Positions 59,998 through 64,000 of a DNA stretch of 64,000 nt are shown here, piece after piece. The notes beneath the pieces are model-generated. The model had not been told where the DNA came from. It was given only the letters and a program-made list of their open reading frames with translations, and did no database searches. The translations under genes were made by a program, and so were the position numbers. Positions within the stretch are counted from its first letter, which is position 1. Each line of letters opens with the position of its first letter. Source of the DNA: Negativicutes bacterium. GTDB taxonomy: Bacteria; Bacillota; Negativicutes; UBA1444. The stretch is taken from positions 1-64,000 of the forward strand of contig CAXXIN010000009.1 of assembly GCA_963665275.2 (NCBI GenBank), written 5' to 3'.

Positions 59998-60354
59998 TTA
60001 TTGTTTCCCTTCTGTCTGTTGAATCCCCCGCAAAAGCTTCCCAATATGCTCACTGTTATCGAGGGAATTGTCCTGATGCAGCGTCAATTCCGGCGTGTGC
60101 CTGATTCCCAGACGTCGCCCGACCTCTGTCCGTAAAAAGCCCAGTGAATGCTGCAAGCCGATCCACGTCGCTTTCTTGGCTTCCTCGGATCCCATCAGAC
60201 TAATATAGACTTTCGCTGACCGCAGATCCCCTGTTGCTTCTACCCCTGTCACGGTAACAAAACCAATGCGGGGATCTTTGAGTTCGGTCAGAATAATTTT
60301 ACTCAGTTCCTGTTGAATGAATTCCTGAATTTTTTCAACACGCTGTTGTCCCAT
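59998..60354 (-). CDS. rbfA: Ribosome-binding factor A
   Basis: LKDPRIGFVTVT, DLRSAKVY, RHTPEL. Confidence 0.96.
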   Translation of the reverse strand: MGQQRVEKIQEFIQQELSKIILTELKDPRIGFVTVTGVEATGDLRSAKVYISLMGSEEAKKATWIGLQHSLGFLRTEVGRRLGIRHTPELTLHQDNSLDNSEHIGKLLRGIQQTEGKQ

Positions 60355-60387
60355 GACAGTTCACACCCCTTTACTCCCATCTGCCTA

Positions 60388-63177
60388 TCAGCGGGGAATC
60401 TGTTCCATAACGAATGCTTCCACGATATCGCCTTCTTTGATGTCCCTGAATTTTTCCAGGGTAATGCCGCACTCATAGCCAGTAGCGACTTCTTTGACAT
60501 CATCTTTGAAACGACGCAGGGATTCCAGCTTCCCTTCAAAAATAACGATTCCATCTCGAAGCAATCGTACCTGCGAAGTGCTGGTAATTTTTCCTTCCAA
60601 CACATAGGATCCGGCAACGACACCCTTGGGAATATTAAAAACCTGACGGATTTCGACGCGTCCCAGCGTGACTTCGCGGAACTCCGGCGCCAACATGCCG
60701 GTCATGGCGGCTTCAACATCATTGATTGCATCATAGATGACACGATATGTCCGAATATCAACTTTTTCAGCTTCGGCCGCTTTACGGGCATTGGTGTCCG
60801 GTCTGACATTGAAGCCGATGATCAGGGCATTGGATGCCGACGCAAGCATAACATCTGATTCGTTGATAGCGCCCACGCCACTGTGGACGATCATAACACG
60901 CACTTCTTTATTCTTGAGATTCTCAAGCGATTGACGCAGAGCCTCGATTGATCCCTGTACATCCGCCTTGACCAGCAGATTAAGATCCTTGATTTCACCT
61001 GCCTGAATTTGCTGAAACAGATCTTCCAGCGTAACTTTTTGCGCCTGTGAAACCGCATCGGACTTCGTTTTAGCGACTCGCTTTTCAGAAATGGATCGGG
61101 CGGTTTTTTCATCGACGGCTGCCAGAATATCTCCTGCCATAGGTACATCAGACAATCCGATAACCTCAACTGGAGTTGACGGGCCGGCTTTTTTCACTTT
61201 TTCGCCTCGATCATTAGTCATTGCCCGAACTTTACCATAGGCGGTACCGGCAATAATCGTATCCCCGACCCGCAAGGTCCCGTTTTGGACCAACACAGTA
61301 GCCACAGGGCCTTTGCCCTTATCCAGCTCTGCTTCCACAATGGTTCCTACTGCCGGGCGATTGGGATTGGCTTTCAGATCCCGCACTTCGGCAACCAACA
61401 GGATCATTTCAAGTAGATCACTGATACCGGTCTTCTTGACGGCGGACACGGGAACCATGATGGTATCCCCGCCCCATTTCTCGGCGACCAGGCCATATTC
61501 GGTCAATTGCTGCATAACACGCTCCGGATCCGCAGCCGGCATATCCATTTTATTGATGGCGACGATGATCGGAACATTGGCGGATTTTGCATGGTTGATT
61601 GCTTCAATGGTCTGCGGCATGACACCATCATCGGCTGCCACGACCAGTATCGCAATATCCGTCACCTGCGCGCCACGCGCCCGCATTGAAGTGAAGGCTT
61701 CATGACCAGGCGTATCCAGAAAAACAATCTTTTTGCCTTGTTGAACGACTTGGTAAGCTCCGATATGTTGGGTGATACCGCCTGCTTCCTGCGTAGTGAC
61801 ATGAGTCTGACGAATCGAATCCAACAGGGATGTCTTGCCGTGGTCGACGTGACCCATAACGGTTACTACCGGCGAGCGCAATACCAGAGAAGCGGGATCA
61901 TCTTCGATTTCCGGGATGACCGTCGGGTCGATTTCCGGCGGCAGTTCTTCAACTGTTGCGCCGAATTCAGCCGCAATCAGACTGGCAGTATCGAAATCAA
62001 CTTCTTGATTAATGGTTGCCATTACACCAAGCATCATCAATTTTTTAATTACTTCATTGACCTCACGGCCGAGCTTAATCGCCAATTCCTTTACAGAAAG
62101 AGACTCGCCAACCTTGATATGCGTCGGACGGATTGGCTCCGGTTTCGGTGTCTGTGAAGCGCCCTGCCCGAACGAACGCCGGGGTGCTCCCGGGCGACCT
62201 TGTCCCTGATACGGAGGACGATTGCCCCCGGGACGATTTCCAGTAGTTTGCGGGCGATCTCCCCCACCGGTTCGACGATCAGCTTTCTGCCCTGGTCCTT
62301 GTTTCGGAGCAGCGCCAGCGGAAGCACCGGCAAGTGGAGGACGAGCTCCACCCGGCCTGTTCATCGGCGCGGCATCCGGACGGGTAAACGCCGGACGCAG
62401 AGGCTTGTCGCCAACTTTCGCCGGGACGCCTGCCGGTTTGGGTGCAACCCGGTTTTCTGTGGGCCGAACAATCTGAGGGACCGGTTGGCGAATCAGATTG
62501 TTGGGATTAAACGGAGCCGCTGGTCGAAACGGATAATTGGGCGTTCCAACCGGGGTGGCAGGACGTCCTTGTGCGGCAGGTGTGCTGGGAGCCACGACTT
62601 TTTTCTCCACAACTCCGGGAGCAACCTCCGGTGCAGCTGAAACAGTGGTCGAAGCGACAGTCACTGGAGCAACAACAGGCGCCGAGGTAACGGGTGCCTG
62701 CGCGGCAGCCGGCGCGGCAGATGTTGGAACGGCGATCACTGGAGCTGCTGCGGGCGCAGCTGCGGCAGGCACCGCCGGAGTGGCTGCCGTCGGCGCCTGC
62801 ACAGGTGCAAAGTTCGCCGGTCGCGATTCCGCTTGATGCGGCTGAGACGCAAACCCTTGCTCATGCCGAGGTTTCATTGGAGGCCGTTGCTGTCCGCCTC
62901 CACCGTAAAAGACCTTGGGCGGAGCCGGCGGCGCTTTGGGCGGCTCAGGTTTGACAACAGGAATGGCTGCCGTAGCCTTTTTACGCTGTCTTTCACGAAT
63001 TTCCTCCGCCGTGTCCGGTTTCGGTGCAAAGGTACGCACTAAAATCTGATAGGCTTCTTCCTCAATGCTAGCCATGTGATTTTTGGCTGGCATATTATTG
63101 CGATCCAAAATATCCAAAATCAATTTACTAGTAGTGGTAAATTCCTTAGCTAATTCATATACACGGTATTTAGACAT
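60388..63177 (-). CDS. infB: Translation initiation factor IF-2
   Basis: [28 protein letters not shown]; GGAGG SD before ATG 63177. Confidence 0.98.
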   Translation of the reverse strand: MSKYRVYELAKEFTTTSKLILDILDRNNMPAKNHMASIEEEAYQILVRTFAPKPDTAEEIRERQRKKATAAIPVVKPEPPKAPPAPPKVFYGGGGQQRPPMKPRHEQGFASQPHQAESRPANFAPVQAPTAATPAVPAAAAPAAAPVIAVPTSAAPAAAQAPVTSAPVVAPVTVASTTVSAAPEVAPGVVEKKVVAPSTPAAQGRPATPVGTPNYPFRPAAPFNPNNLIRQPVPQIVRPTENRVAPKPAGVPAKVGDKPLRPAFTRPDAAPMNRPGGARPPLAGASAGAAPKQGPGQKADRRTGGGDRPQTTGNRPGGNRPPYQGQGRPGAPRRSFGQGASQTPKPEPIRPTHIKVGESLSVKELAIKLGREVNEVIKKLMMLGVMATINQEVDFDTASLIAAEFGATVEELPPEIDPTVIPEIEDDPASLVLRSPVVTVMGHVDHGKTSLLDSIRQTHVTTQEAGGITQHIGAYQVVQQGKKIVFLDTPGHEAFTSMRARGAQVTDIAILVVAADDGVMPQTIEAINHAKSANVPIIVAINKMDMPAADPERVMQQLTEYGLVAEKWGGDTIMVPVSAVKKTGISDLLEMILLVAEVRDLKANPNRPAVGTIVEAELDKGKGPVATVLVQNGTLRVGDTIIAGTAYGKVRAMTNDRGEKVKKAGPSTPVEVIGLSDVPMAGDILAAVDEKTARSISEKRVAKTKSDAVSQAQKVTLEDLFQQIQAGEIKDLNLLVKADVQGSIEALRQSLENLKNKEVRVMIVHSGVGAINESDVMLASASNALIIGFNVRPDTNARKAAEAEKVDIRTYRVIYDAINDVEAAMTGMLAPEFREVTLGRVEIRQVFNIPKGVVAGSYVLEGKITSTSQVRLLRDGIVIFEGKLESLRRFKDDVKEVATGYECGITLEKFRDIKEGDIVEAFVMEQIPR

Positions 63178-63202
63178 TACATCGCCTCCAATAAGTTCTC
63201 CG

Positions 63203-63517
63203 TCAGACGCCGTCAGATGAGACCATGCGCCGTAGGGAGCTGGCAAATCCGATATCGTTGATGGCAAGTGCCGCTTTGGGACTTTTCCCAACAGCATTCC
63301 CCAGTTGCAGTTTCGACAAAATTTTAATCATCGGGGTCCCGGTTTCCTCAACCATGATATTGAGGCGTTTCTGTGTTTCGGTCGCCGTATCGGCGGCAAT
63401 CAACAAGAGTTTGCAGCGACCGGACAACAATGCCTTTTCAGTCTGCATCGCTCCAGAAGCCACGAATCCGGCTCGATGAGCCAGCCCCAGCAATCCCAGA
63501 AGTTTATCTTCATTCAT
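63203..63517 (-). CDS. ylxQ: L7Ae-family RNA-binding protein (YlxQ)
   Basis: [22 protein letters not shown]; position in the nusA-infB operon. Confidence 0.88.
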   Translation of the reverse strand: MNEDKLLGLLGLAHRAGFVASGAMQTEKALLSGRCKLLLIAADTATETQKRLNIMVEETGTPMIKILSKLQLGNAVGKSPKAALAINDIGFASSLRRMVSSDGV

Positions 63518-63782
63518 GGGGATCAAGCTGCGCTTTCAAAATATCATAAACAGCGGACGGCACAGAGGTTTTCAACGCTCTGTCCAATCCTTTGGCAGTG
63601 CAGGCCCGTTTGATGCATTCGGCATTACGACAGACATATCCGCCTCGACCGGGTGCTTTGCCTGTGGGATCGATAACAACTTCTCCGGCAGGCGTCCGCA
63701 CGATGCGAACCAAGATTTTTTTATCCTGAAAGGTCTGGCAGCCGCTGCATAAACGTTGAGGCGTTTTCTTCGGTTTGATCAT
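63510..63782 (-). CDS. ylxR: YlxR/RnpM family protein
   Basis: [19 protein letters not shown]. Confidence 0.92.
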   Translation of the reverse strand: MIKPKKTPQRLCSGCQTFQDKKILVRIVRTPAGEVVIDPTGKAPGRGGYVCRNAECIKRACTAKGLDRALKTSVPSAVYDILKAQLDPHE

Positions 63783-64000
63783 GACTCGTCTGAAGCTCCC
63801 TGCATCATCAAGGCTTGTGTTTCGCTCTTGATATCGATCTTCCAGCCCGTCAATTTAGCAGCCAGCCGTGCATTTTGACCTTCCCGTCCAATTGCGAGGG
63901 AAAGTTGATAATCAGGCACGATGACACGTGAAGACTTTTCATCCTCAAAAACTTCTACGGCAATAACTTTGGCCGGGCTCAAAGCATTAGCGATATATTC
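63779..64000 (-). CDS. nusA: Transcription factor NusA, 3' end only
   Basis: [37 protein letters not shown]. Confidence 0.96.
   Translation of the reverse strand, partial: EYIANALSPAKVIAVEVFEDEKSSRVIVPDYQLSLAIGREGQNARLAAKLTGWKIDIKSETQALMMQGASDES

Noticed and set aside
20544-62954. Numerous 60-207 aa antisense or alternate-frame ORFs inside vanW, mutS, ygiQ, ftsK, pnp, ribF/truB and infB
   Set aside because: All overlap well-supported genes and show no motifs; expected from codon bias.
63178-63297. Extended ORF-track N-termini (infB, also recA, rnj, rpsO, dut, hflX)
   Set aside because: The extensions overlap upstream genes or promoters; SD position or family homology supports the shorter starts.
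1-64000. Selenocysteine (TGA) or pyrrolysine (TAG) read-through, prompted by mnmH
   Set aside because: All recognised proteins end at family-appropriate lengths; no in-frame stop splitting a domain was seen.
1-64000. CRISPR arrays, tRNA/rRNA genes, IS or prophage, SAM or T-box riboswitches
   Set aside because: Intergenic gaps are short and accounted for; no spaced direct repeats, cloverleaf motifs, transposase or integrase seen.

Overview
A 64-kb, gene-dense core-chromosome segment from an anaerobic Firmicute; gene content and order suggest Negativicutes (Sporomusaceae-like), which is an inference. The window spans the replication terminus: a 28-bp Firmicutes-type dif site lies at 18605-18632, 19 of 20 genes to its left are on + and 41 of 42 to its right are on -. 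Left arm: SAM by-product salvage genes (ahcY, a class II aldolase split by a +1 frameshift, mtaD), NfnAB-type transhydrogenase, an aminotransferase, an ASCH protein, stand-alone PduL, IclR, a four-subunit 2-oxoacid:ferredoxin oxidoreductase, a degenerate GGDEF protein, PHP, LemA/DUF2207/RDD and PPi-type phosphofructokinase. Right arm: yneA/lexA with SOS boxes, vanW, the miaB-mutSL-miaA-hfq-hflX cluster, spoVS, rny, recA/recX, ftsK-mnmH-rodZ-ygiQ-rimO-cinA, rnj, a lysine-riboswitch dap operon, pnp, rpsO and the nusA-infB operon. No rRNA, tRNA, CRISPR array or mobile element was seen. The best leads are the frameshifted aldolase (shift-prone CCC-C context), an apparent AUU start for RNase Y, many sigma-H-type promoters on housekeeping genes despite missing sporulation genes, a probable leaderless small membrane gene, and several uncharacterised modules. 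I found no clearly new large system; most of the window is conserved housekeeping DNA.
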